The translations under genes were made by a program, and so were the position numbers. The notes under the pieces are model-generated. The model was not told where the DNA came from and made no database searches. It was given only the letters and a program-made list of their open reading frames with translations. A stretch of 64,000 nt of DNA, taken from positions 1,364,001-1,428,000 of the forward strand of contig NEEC01000016.1 of NCBI GenBank assembly GCA_002189035.1, written 5' to 3'. The DNA comes from Utricularia gibba. Lineage: Eukaryota; Plantae; Magnoliophyta. This document shows positions 49,976 to 62,400 of this stretch, one piece after another; position 1 is the first letter of the stretch, and every line of letters starts with the position of its first letter.

Positions 49976-50533
49976 AGACCTTAGTTTTTTAAAAGCAATG
50001 ATTTGGATGATGTTCTTGATTATGCAGTCAATTATTGATACGTAATCAATAATTGCGCCAAATCATCATTTCTTAAAAAACAGATAATGGAGGTTTTATT
50101 TAATTTAAATACGCCCGGCCTATAATTGAACAAGCCAGGCGTGTAATATCAATTATTATTATTTTTAATGGCAAATAATTGAGCCAGAATTCATTTCGTG
50201 TGTGAAATTTGAATTCTCGCCATTTAATAATTTGAGCAAGCTGGGGGCTTGTACTGGATGGTTGGGTGGGCCCATTTCTGGTGACTTGTGATCATAATTA
50301 CTGATATTATTTATTTTTTTAGTAAAAAGAAAAAGATGTTAATTTGAGTTTGACTTCGGGGAGACGCGCATTGACAATCCATGATGCGGTTATTAATACA
50401 TAACTGTTTAATAACTCATTTAAAAAGTTTTAATGGGTGTGGGGGCCACATCACTCGCCCTCTTATAAATACCCACCCGTCCCCGCTTCTGGCACTCCCC
50501 GTCTCAACTGTGAAGAAGTTTCCTCAACGAAGA

Positions 50534-51678
50534 ATGGTGGACGTGGAACGGAGAATGGCCGGAATGAATCCGGGGCACGTGGCGGGACTGCGGCGTTTAT
50601 CGGCGAGGGCGGCGGCGTCTGTGCCGTCGACGCCGATGAACAGTCAGTTTTCGTTTGCTTCTCTCGCTGATAAAGTGATCACCCATCTCAAACAGTGCGG
50701 CATTGCGGTGCAACAGGGGCTGACGGAGGCGGAGTTCGCGGTAGCGGAGGCGGTTTTCGGATTCAGTTTTCCACCGGATCTGAAGGCGGTTTTATCCGCT
50801 GGTTTGCCGGTGGGAGCGGGATTCCCGGACTGGCGATCTCGGTTTCACCTCCGGGCTTTGATCGATCTCCCGATGGCTTCGGTTTCGTTGCAAATTGCTC
50901 GGAATTCCTTCTGGGCGAAATCGTGGGGCCGAAGCCAGTGGATCCGGAGAGAGCTCTGAAAAATGCGCGGAATGCTCTGAAACGGGCTCCAATTTTGATA
51001 CCTATATTCGATCGGTTTTACATCCCATGCAGCCCCTGCCTCGCCGGAAACCCAATTTTCTACGTCGATGAGGAGAAGGTTTACTGCTGCGGCTTCGGCC
51101 TGTCCGATTTCTTCGACGGTGAGTTCCGTTGCCACGACGGCGGCGCTGTAACCAAGCGCCGCTCCCGAAGCTCCGGTGGCTCCTCAAGGGGGAGCCTAGA
51201 TTCGTCCTCCAGCAGAAGCACAACGCGATGGGTGGAGTTCTGGAGCGACGCCGCCACGGACAGCCGCCGGAGAAGCTCGAACTCGTCATCCTCTTCCTCC
51301 TCCTCGCCCGACCGGGTTTACAGATCCGAAACACCGAAATGGGTCGATGAATATGTGGGCCGCATCGGGTCTGTCCTCAGAGAAGGCGGGTGGGCGGAAT
51401 CCGACGTCTCGGAGATCGTCGATGTGGCAGCATCCGGATTGTTCAACGACGAGATGGTGATGATCGACAATCGAACGGCCCTCGACGCTCTGCTCCTGAA
51501 AACGGGCCGTTTGTCAGACACGCTCCGGAAAGCGGGGTGGAGCTCCGAGGAAGTCTCCGACACCCTGGGATTCGATTTCCGGCCCGATAAACCGACGAAG
51601 AAACTGCCGCCGGAGTTCGCGGCTAAGCTCGGGAAACTGGCGGAGATCCTCAACGCGTCGGGTGTGCCACGTCAGTGA
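50534..51678 (+). CDS. Conserved plant protein of unknown function (At3g50340/At5g67020-like by recall), intronless, apparent 1-nt frameshift
   Basis: [28 protein letters not shown]...[22 protein letters not shown]...FWAKSWG continues as [10 protein letters not shown]...[15 protein letters not shown]...GNPIFYVD in another frame. The shift falls at the G4 run 50925-50928. Confidence 0.85.
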
Positions 51679-52163
51679 AGCACAGAAGACAGGCTGGAAA
51701 AAAGAATCAAAACTCCACCTAATGTATACTTGTCGATGCCTTCTTGACTCTGTAACAATAAACTCACCAATAGACTGATACAATAAGCGAAACCAGAATC
51801 TCTGGGATTTGAAAACCTGCGAAAAACTCCCCAAGAGAAAACTGCTGTCAATGGAGATCCTGCATCCTCCTGCTTCTGTCCTAAAAAGGAAGCACAACAT
51901 GTTAGATCACAGCCACTGTGAAATCAATCATTGGGGCCTCTGATTTTAGATCAAACTTCAAGAGACACGTATCATTTAAATCAATCATTCAAAGTACAAG
52001 GGCGATGAGTAACTTGACCTCTCTCCAGAGAGAATGGATAATATAGACACAACAGGGTTACCAACTAATAAACAGCAGTCAACATGGCGATTACATCATG
52101 AACAGTGCTATAAAGATCAGAAACACACACAATCAAATAGAACCAGATCCCGAGAGCCATCAG

Positions 52164-54907
52164 TCAGTAAGGCCTATATCTGAAATCAGCACGTGAAGGT
52201 CTGCCACCAAACATACCGCCTCCAACACCATAACCCCACTGCCCACATATAGGCAACGACAGTAAGCATTATGCCATTCGAAATGGACTGTGTTTTAACA
52301 AAATTACAGTCGAACTTACATCATCAAAATCCATGCTGCCATAAATCCTGCCATAAGGGGGCGGAGTGGTCCTCCCGCAAAGTCAAATTGCTCAGGCTGG
52401 TTCCTCATGAAATTCCCACTATGACCGGAGTCTTCTACTGGTGTCGCCGAATCAATAGCAACCTGAAGGGAAAAACAAACAGAAAATTTACAATTTGTTA
52501 CTCCGGTGAAATTCAACCTTAATCTCGAAATGTAGCAGAGAAGTACTTAGTAGTCTGAAATTACACATATTTTCGTAGGTGCAGTGGATGAAAATTTCAA
52601 ATATCAACAGTAATAAACCTGCTGCCCACATATTTCATGTGATTTTCGAGCCACACGATCTGCAACACCTTCATCGGCAAATGTTACAAAACCAAATCCT
52701 CGATGGCCAGTTCTCTTAGGATCCTAAAAAAGAGGCACATAAAATAAAATAAAACGAATAAGCTCAAATTGTGAATATGGGTTCAGAGCCATGAGAGTTC
52801 ATTGTCTAAGTTAAGACAACTGATCTACTGAGCTGTCAATTAGAAGAGGTCTGTGTGCGTTTTCGTATGTATGTATATATTGAAAAAATGGAGAAAGAAA
52901 GAACTAATACACCTTACCTTTGGAATATAAGCATCCAGAATTCGGCCAAACCTTCCAAAATGAAGGCGTAGATCTTCCACCGTGGCCTCTTGAGGAAGCC
53001 TGCCTACAAAGATTTTGTTGCCAATACCACGCACTGGCCCCCCTCCTGATAAATACATGTGCGATCATATTATCATACCTGGTGATCATATACATAGTAA
53101 CAGAGGTGTTGGTTCTGCTTGAAACATACTTAACCCATACGCAGCACTAGGATTATCATAAAGGGTGGGGGCACCAAGTGCAGCGTATCTGGTTGCAGCA
53201 TTTATATATGCACTGTATGCACCATATCCACTCACACTGGGTGGAGCCCTGCCAACAGGCCTAAAATCTTCATTCTGCAGCACATAAAAAGTGCTCTCAT
53301 GTGATGAAAAATAATGCAACTTCAAAAGGATCACTGAATTCCATTTACAAACTTGAATGTGCATAACATGCAAACGACCATTAAAGCCTTCATAGTGGAC
53401 TTGACACACGGAAAAACCATTAGATCAAACCTTACAGAATCTTGTGCTGAATGCGAAAAAACTAATAGTTGTTTTAATTCAAAAACAGATGTGCCCCAGA
53501 AATCAAGCAAAAAACACAAAAAACATATGCTAGAGATTCCTTGCTAAGATATTTTATAAGGTACCTTTGGTGTTGCTCTGTCTACAACCACAGTTGAACC
53601 ACCCAATTCATGAGTCTCAGCCATCAAATCATCCACAGCATCTGCCAATGTAACAAAATTTAGAAAGCACGTCATAGCACCAGGTGACAAATACTCAAAA
53701 TAACATGAAACTCAAACAGTTAATTCATATTGTATTATTAAAAAACCCTGTTTCCGAAAAAATGCAGATATGGTGATGCATCAACTCTCTCAAAGTAACA
53801 CGTGAAATTAAGGGAATTCACAACGAAACCCATAAAATCATTAAAAAATATTACCAGAGGTTGCAAATGTTATAAATCCGATTCCACGATGGCCTCGGGT
53901 TGTGGGATCCTGAGAATTACGTAACCAACTGAAATAATAGAAATGGCAGCAAGTCAATCAGACACCTAGAAAGATGTACAAACCTTTGGCATGTATAAGT
54001 CCGTTATTTCACCATATCTCTCAAAATGACTGCAGAGAACAGAGCAAGATGTCACATGCATAACTTAGGTTTAGTATTAAAACTAGGTTAACAAATAAAT
54101 AACTACCAACTTTCTGAATGCAGCTTCAGAAACGGATGCTGGAATCCTTGCTACAAAAATCCGGGTGACTTTTTTGGATGGCGTTCTCATCTCTTCCTGA
54201 TGAATCGGCTGAAGTTTTACCAAGACAACCACTGATGGTCAAAATAAAAAATGTAAACGATGAAGAAACTAACCCTTGGCGTAGCAATTTTAACTTCCAG
54301 CATTCTGCCACCAAGGAAATGCTCACCTTCCAGTGCATCCTGAAAGCAGAGGAGTTCCAAGTGAAAAAATAGGCCCACTATCAAATTGACTCAATAAAAG
54401 GTATAAACAAAAGAAACAGCATAACCATATAATGAAATAAGCAGACGCATCACCTTAGCATCCTCCACATTGGCAAATGTTACATATCCAAAACCGCGTG
54501 ATCGGCCTGTAGATCGTTCCTGTTAAGAACACATGAATGCTTCTCAGCTTACATTCCACACTAGAAGACGGTTCGAACAAAAGCAGTCATTTTCACTTTC
54601 ATATGAAAAAGTTATCTAAATTTCACCAGTGGCCTTAGAATTCACAAAGTATAATATGTAAGCTTGCATAATCTTGTCAAATCAATAAAACCGTACGGCA
54701 TAACCTTCAAAACAATGCAATCCTCCAGCTCCCCAAATTTGCTCATGTACTCCCGAAGTCCATCCGTTTCCACTTCCCAAGGAATTCCTAAAACCTATAA
54801 AAGATACAACCACAAAAATTCAGAACCACTTACTAGAAGATGAATAAACGCATTAGAACAAAAAGAAAAGAACATTAAAATCTTACAACAAGCTTCCGTT
54901 CCGACAT
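52164..54907 (-). CDS. RNA-binding protein with two or more RRMs (Musashi/hnRNP-like), multi-exon, 5'-UTR intron likely
   Basis: MSERKLV|VLGIPWEVETDGLREYMSKFGELEDCIVLK; RSRGFGYVTF; TRIFVARIP; KIFVGRLPQEA; HRGFGFVTF; ends RADFRYRPY* (TGA 52164-52166). Confidence 0.93.
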
Positions 54908-55260
54908 GTGCTGCAGAAAACGAATGAAGGACTACTGACTTCCTCACTCCTCCCTCCTCTCTCTCTCTCCCTTTCTCTCTCTCTCTCTCCCCCTCGTATC
55001 TCTCCCCTCCCCCTCCCAACTTGCTAATCACTCAAGGCACTCATCCTGCAGACCAAGGCAATAGGGACACTTCTTTCTCACAACACACGATAACCATCGC
55101 CGTATTCCTTAAAATCTTATAGATAAACATCAGATCTCGTCCGAAGAAAAATGAAAAACGCATGAATTGAAAAAGGAAGCTAGAAAGAACGCAGGTTGGT
55201 TGGGGAAGCACTTGCATCCCAAAACTGACCTTCCAATTCGTATGAAAATTGAGGATTTCA

Positions 55261-55269
55261 AAACCCTAA
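55261..55269. promoter_or_regulatory. Telo-box (AAACCCTAA) in the 5' region of the RRM gene
   Basis: Exact motif about 350 bp upstream of the ATG. Telo-boxes are common in genes for RNA and translation machinery. A single short motif, so weak evidence. Confidence 0.4.
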
Positions 55270-57032
55270 TCGCTCCCTAAAGGCACTCCCCCACAACTCA
55301 TTCCTGGCGCCGCTGGGTTACTTGGTCGTGCGCAGATCACTGCTCCAAAATTTGCTAAACTGATCGGCGAAGTTGCCGCGCCAGCGCACAGCTACTTTCA
55401 ACCGCGACGACCTCCCTCCGTCCCACCCTCGTTTAGATAATTGAAATGGATATTATAATAATAAAAACAGTAACTCATTTTTAATTTCGCATTTCATCCA
55501 AAACATTTATCAGAATAAATGCGTTAAAGAAATATTTTTCAACTTATTTAGAATTGGTTTGAGATTAGGATACTAATATCTTTATTTATAATATAATAAA
55601 ATATATATAATATTTGATATTCGATAATAAAATTCTAGATATATAAATATTTAATATTTATATACATAATTACACCACAGTCACGGTTTTTTTAGGATTT
55701 TAAAAGGTTAGTTTTTTATAAGTTTTTTTTTTGTTAAATTAAGTGTGCAAGTACAAATGGGCCAATCTCCTCACGATAAGGCAGCCCATTGTAACCAGGC
55801 TCCGGTCCATCCAATCAAACAAACAATTTGGAATGGAGTACTTTATTCTTATAGATACAAAATAAATAAATATAAGACAATGTGATGTGGATGTAGGAAG
55901 CCCAAGCCTTGTCTTCTTGAATTGGCCCACGAGGTAGATCCAAAACGTCAGGATTCCCTTGCCAAATAGATGTGACGAAAAAGAAGGTTTGAGGACTTGG
56001 TGCGCAAGTACCAACCTTTCTAGAGTTTATTCAATTTTCCTATTTTATTTCTGAGCACATTTGGAGCAATTCATTTTCTGTTGATTTTTAATACTGTGTT
56101 GTTATTTGATTGAGTACGGACTTGATATTTGTGCTTCAATGACACTGTTCTATTGAATTCATTTGAGTATTTTGTTTGTGAGAATTGAGTTGTAGAAGTT
56201 ATCCACTCTACTAACATCTACATCACAATGTCACTTTCTTCACATATCTTGTTGATTTGTATATTTTGTTATATTAGATTTAAGTGTGTAAGGCACCATA
56301 CAATATTTTTTGATCAGTTAGATGACCTCCATTACTTAGTGAAGGATTTACCTTCCAAATTATAAATGAGATGTAAAGGCAATGATCTAACCTTCCCTAA
56401 TTTATTGAAGGTGCATGTAGTAATTTAATAGTAGATCGTCATGATGGAATGTGGCTGACTTCCGTTGATGAGATCATGAATGTAAAAAATAAAGACAATG
56501 AAAATGAAAGCAAGAAGTTTACTGATATTACATTAATTTCACTTGAATTAATTACTACATCAAGAACACGAAAGAATCAATAATTTTTCAAGATATTATT
56601 TCCAAACAATAAATCATACGACATTGAGTTAAATCTATTCAAAATGGATCAAATAGAGTAAAGTTGGATAATGACTTATTAATTCACTATTAGTACTTTT
56701 ATTTTGAGTAGGTCTAAACAAGGAAAACATATATTTGAAGGTTAACATAATTCATTTTAATCCTAAAAAGTACTTCAAAATCAGGTTTATTTTAAATAGG
56801 ATAGCTTTCAATCTAAAACACACATAAATTTAGAAATATTCATTATTTTAAAGAAGTTGTAAAGATCGAGTTTTTGTTTTCTTATAATAAAAAACATTTA
56901 ATTGTGGTGGGTATTTTTTTTTTTAAAAAAAGAGGGATCGATAGGGAATTGGTTGGACCCACCCTTGATTTTGATGCTAAGGTCTAAGAGTAGGGTGGGG
57001 CCAAGCGAAGTAGACTATAAAAACCCAAAATT

Positions 57033-57743
57033 GAGTTAATTGGGGAACTAGCCCTCTCCAAAAAACAGGTTTGCTCAATGGCCCTATCTGGAAATTCTTG
57101 ACTATTTATCTCTACTTTTTGTAGGTATTAGCTAAATAGCCCAACTTTTAGTATAAATACAAATAATTAATTATTGATTACGAAAAATAATAATAGAAAA
57201 TCAAATATACATTTTATATATATTTATTTATTCATTAAATTTTATATAACTAATATATAGCTAAAAATATATATATAATGTATATTTGATTTTCGCCTTG
57301 CTTGGATTCTTGATGTTACCTCGGTGCAGGCACAGGATGGAGACATAGGCAGGATGTGGAGAAGGCTTGAGTTGAAGGGGGAGATACCTGTCTCCAGATC
57401 CTTTCATGGTGCTTGCGCCAATCCATCGGGGCGTTTCTTGTACCTCTGTGGCGGGATGGTGGATGGAGTGGTGAAGCCGGCCGATTCCTATAAATTTTTA
57501 AATTTATGTTTTTAGCTATATATTAATTATATAAAATTTAATGAATAAATAAATGTATATAAAATGTATATTTGATTTTCTATTATTATTTTTCGTAATC
57601 AATAATTAATTATTTTTATTTATACTAAAAATTGGGCTATTTAACTAATAACTACAAAAAGTAGGGCTAAATAGCCAAGAATTTCCAGATAGGACCATTC
57701 AGCAAACTTTTTTTTTGCAGAGGGCTAGTTCCCCAATTGACCC
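57033..57743. mobile_element. Pack-MULE-like element with ~235 bp terminal inverted repeats
   Basis: 57033-57267 is the near reverse complement of 57509-57743 (GAGTTAATTGGGGAACTAGCCCTCT... / ...AGAGGGCTAGTTCCCCAATTGACCC). A non-transposase gene fragment lies inside. The target-site duplication is not clean. Confidence 0.82.
57330..57488 (+). pseudogene. Captured kelch-repeat exon fragment
   Basis: Preceded by a 3' splice site (...tcggtgcag|). Translates without stops as AQDGDIGRMWRRLELKGEIPVSRSFHGACANPSGRFLYLCGGMVDGVVKPADS, a kelch blade signature (W..L...G..P..RSFH......lYl.GG). Confidence 0.75.
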
Positions 57744-58455
57744 ATAAATTAAGGTTTAGGATTTAATATTTTTTATTAATAAAAATGGATGATGACGAGG
57801 AGAATGACAGCATCGGCCATGGGTGTACAAAATGTAGACATACTAATTTCAGCATATCATAAATTTGGTCATTCTTAATTAAAATTTTTTGCCTAGATAT
57901 GTGAAATTAATATGATAATAACCATTTTTTTAAATGATTGGTGATGGAGGTATATTTATAATAAAGATATTTAACTAATTGAATCATGTAAATATTTTAC
58001 TGTGTTTTAATAAATTTATTTATATTTTTTAAATACCGTATATTAGAATTATATTTGTTCTCTAATAAATACGTAATTTATTATAATATTTGTATAATCC
58101 TTGAAATCATTTGTTTTTTTTAAAATCCTGAATTGCATGGATTTTATTAATTAAATGAGTTATAATTCTTATTTATTAAATATAATTTCAATTATAAATT
58201 CCTTAATTATTATTCATGATATAAATATTAATTGAATAATACAAAATGTTATAATTATTATATTTGGGAGGTTTGACGGAGATTTTACAGCGTCCGTCTC
58301 CTTCAACTGGAATTCCCGCGATAGCATACACGTGATTCCCCGCCCGATCTTTATACGCACGTTTTCCGGTTTCCGCTTCAACGAGAGGCGGCGAACCAGC
58401 ACCCATTCGATCCCCCTTTCCCACTGCAATTTTTTTCCCAAGCTTTTTCTGGTTG

Positions 58456-59462
58456 ATGCGAATGGAAGGGTGGGTTAGGGGACAGAGATTGGGACAGGGG
58501 AGCTTCGCAGCTGTCGATCTGGCGATGTCGATGGGCGGCAGCGCGTTTCTTCCGCCGCTAATGGCAGTGAAATCTTGCGCCGCTTCTAAACTCGCTTCAC
58601 TGGAGAATGAGAAGGTTACTTTGGAGGGATTAAAGGATTGCCCGCATGTTATTCGTTGCTTTGGTGAGAGTTATTCGTGGGAGAACGGTGAGAAGGTGTA
58701 TAACTTGTTGTTGGAGTACGCCGCTGGGGGTCGTTGGCGGAGAAATTGAAAAATTCCCATGGCCGGAGATTGCCGGAATCTGAGGTCCGCCGTTACGCGA
58801 AAGGGTTAGTCGAAGGGATTGCGTATATTCACAAGGAGGGATATGTCCACTGCGACATTAAACTGCAGAATATTCTCTTGTGCTCAGATTCCGGCGTGAA
58901 AATCGCTGACTTCGGGCTGGCGAAGCAGGCAGGGAGCGGTGGGAGGGAGCTACGGGGGACGCCGATGTACATGTCGCCGGAGATGGTTTGTGATGTGGAA
59001 CAGGAAGCAGCGGTGGATATCTGGGCTCTAGGGTGCGTGGTGGCGGAGATGGCATCGGGATACCCCGCGTGGCGGTGCGCCGATGTGGCCACTCTATTTC
59101 CCAAAATCGGCTGTAGCAGCGCAGTACCGGAGATCCCCGCTTCTCTTTCCGAAGAAGGAAAAGATTTCGTCCGGAAATGCTTCATCAAAGATCCCGCCGC
59201 CAGATGGACGGCTGCGATGCTGTCACGTCATCCCTTCGTGCGAGAAATCGACGCCGTGGAAAACCACCCGGCCCCTACCTCTTCCCCCAGATGCCCCTTC
59301 GATTTACAGGACTGGTGTTCAATGACGCCTTTGCCCTCCCCATTCTTCTCCGGCGACCAAAACGGGTCGGGCTCCATTCCAGCTCCCGACCGGATCCAGC
59401 CCCTCCTCAGCGATGGAGTACCCGATTGGTCAAACTCCAGCCGCTGGATCAACATCAGATGA
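58456..59462 (+). CDS. Intronless MAPKKK (MAPKKK19/20/21, NPK1-related clade), apparent 1-nt frameshift
   Basis: WVRGQRLGQGSFAAV; AVKS; LENE; LLLEYAAGG, then a frame change to SLAEKLKN...HCDIKLQNILL...KIADFGLAK...GTPMYMSPE...DIWALGC...HPF. The shift falls at the G5 run 58726-58730. Confidence 0.9.
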
Positions 59463-62400
59463 CAGACACTTTTCGTTTGAGTTTCCGATGCATGAGTATG
59501 AGATTCCAGCCGCCGCATGGCGTGATGCGAGTTCTTGTGTAGGCCCCATTTTTGTACATCTTCTGTCCGGCTCTTCCCGCTGGTCATCTCATGCCCAAGG
59601 CCAGTGAAGTTTCTGTCTTGGTAGATATATTCATAATAAATGCCCCAAATACCAATAGCAACGGATGGGTCGACCTTTTACCCTTGTCTTACATTTGCAT
59701 TTTAATCTACTAACAAAATTTAGCCTTAATTATAAATTTAATTGAATTTTGATTTTATTCATGTATAACTTTATATTTGTATCAAATAATATATTAATAT
59801 TCTTTTTAAAAAGATTACAAAATTTACTTATCAAAATAACAAAATGTGACATTGTTTTCTCAAAAAAAATTGTAGTACTATATTAATGATAAAAAATGAA
59901 ATGAATTTCATTAATAAATATAGAGCATATAATAAAATAGAATAACAAAATTTTATTATATAATAAATTTTATTATTAATGTATGTTGTACATCAAAATA
60001 AATTCTTATATAAGACAAATGAGTATTTTATTTCAAGGTTATCTTTTATTTACATTAAAATTAATATATTTTACATTTTGAAAAAAAATTAATTTAATGA
60101 AATATACTTTTGTAAGAATAGAATTAAAATCATGAATAATTTAATTTTATCTTTAACATATATTCAATATAAAATAAAAATACTTATGATATAAATAAGA
60201 ATAATAATAAATTATGTTAAACAAATAAACTATTTAATTTATCAAAAATATAAAATATATTTCAAAACTTTTCCATCAAGATTAATTTACATAGGAAACC
60301 TTTAAGGATACGTGGGTCATCAAAAACCTGCTGCCAATGAGACTCTTGATTGACTTTAAGTCAGAATGATTAAAATAAATAAATTATTTATTAAAATAAA
60401 AATTAAAACAATATGAAAGTTTAATATATGTATTATAATGTGGATTCTATATAAATAAATTATATTTTTGAAGATTTTAAGTAAAAAATATATAATTAAA
60501 AATAAAATATGATATAAAAAATTTATTTTCTTTATTTTTTTTACATTTAGACTAAAATTTTTGTTCAACAATAAGATAAATTATTAATAGGCTTCCTCAA
60601 TAAATTAACTTCATCATACAACTCACATAGGTATTTTATCTTATCATTTATTCTTTAGCTTATCATTAAAATTAATTTATCTTTTACCATATCAAAAAAT
60701 GTGATACAAAATCGAAAAATATGAATTGAAATAAAATAAATATACAACATAATTATTATATGATATCCATTTTCTATGAATAAATTATATTTTTAAAATC
60801 AAAACATTATATATAAAAGAAATTATTTCATCTGTACTATTCTCATAATACACTGTGTAACATTCGACTAATAAATGATTTTTTAGATAATTATCTTATC
60901 TGCGATTGTGATGCAATTATTATGTATAATGATAGAAGCATTGATAAATTTGGATGTAACAATGAGGTTTGATCAATAGAAAAAGAGTTTAATTTATGAT
61001 TCCAATGATGTATCTTATATGATGAATGCCTAAATTTAGAATTATTTGCAGTAGAAAATATTTTGATAATAGATTATTATTTTATTGTGAGAAACACATT
61101 GTAAGAAGTATTGAAATTTCTTCTTCATCTCTCTCACAACAAAATATAATCTTTTAAATCTATTGAAAATCAAAAGATGTTGGAATCTACTCTTATTTAT
61201 CTCGTATTAGATATATAAAAGTTGTAAGTATTCACCAAGAAGCATGTTTGATAGTAATTACTCACTTTGTTGGTTATATTTATTCGAAACTTATGATAAA
61301 ATTTCACATAAAATAATATATTAGTTAAGGGTTTAAATTTATGTAAATACCTAGTTTATCTTTTATGTATAATTGTATGAATATCGATCTAATTGTCAAA
61401 TTTCATAATTACATTACTATTTTTCAACTTTAATTCTATAAGTTTCCAATGAATTTGTAGGTTTTAATTTAATTTCACCTTTTTGAATACTAACATCACA
61501 TACAATACAAGTAAAGTATTGTAATAATCTAAAACCATTTTTCATATTTTCCATTAATCTTTTCACTAAACATAATTTTTTATGCTTAATGTTACTATTT
61601 TATAATTTTGATAATATTCTATTCCCTAATTACATATAAACTAAAACATGTAATATGTAAAATAACTAATAAAATATAAATATTTTGTGTATATTAAACT
61701 TTGTGATTATCGTTAATGATAGTGTAAGTATCACATAAAACAATGTTGAGAGCCTAAACATTGTTGGTAGTCATTGTTCCCAAAATAAGATATTTTTCAT
61801 ATAGTCAAAAGCTTTTAAAGATCTAATCTAAAGTTATTTCATTGTTTGTGTTAAATCCAAATTAATTTTTTATATAAGTAGCTCTTCTAATTAAATCAGA
61901 TATTTCTTTTGACTTTAAACCAGTTTTGCTCATATTATTATTTCATATGTAATATACATAAAATTGATTAACACTAGATAAATGAGTGAAACAGCTATAC
62001 ATTTTATAAGTTTTCAAAAATTTAGATCCACAATAATTAATTACAAACTTTAGGTTTTTTCTAACAACATATATATCAAATTGTTTTAAAAAATAACGTT
62101 CAATCTTATCCTAATTCACTTGGAACTAAAATATAGTCAATTTCGCAAATACAATTGTTTATATTTATAATAACTGTAACCAATCATTTATAATTATATC
62201 AATTCCAAATATATGTTGCATCTATATATAATAATGATATAAAAAGAGAAAATATTTTTATTGTAAAATTAAAAGCCCAAAATATCCTTATGATCATTAT
62301 TTTTTCACTAAAATTATCATTATTTTCTCATAATACCATCGTTTATGAATTTTGTCTAGATATTTTTTTATAGATATTTAAAAAGTAAAGATATAGAAGC

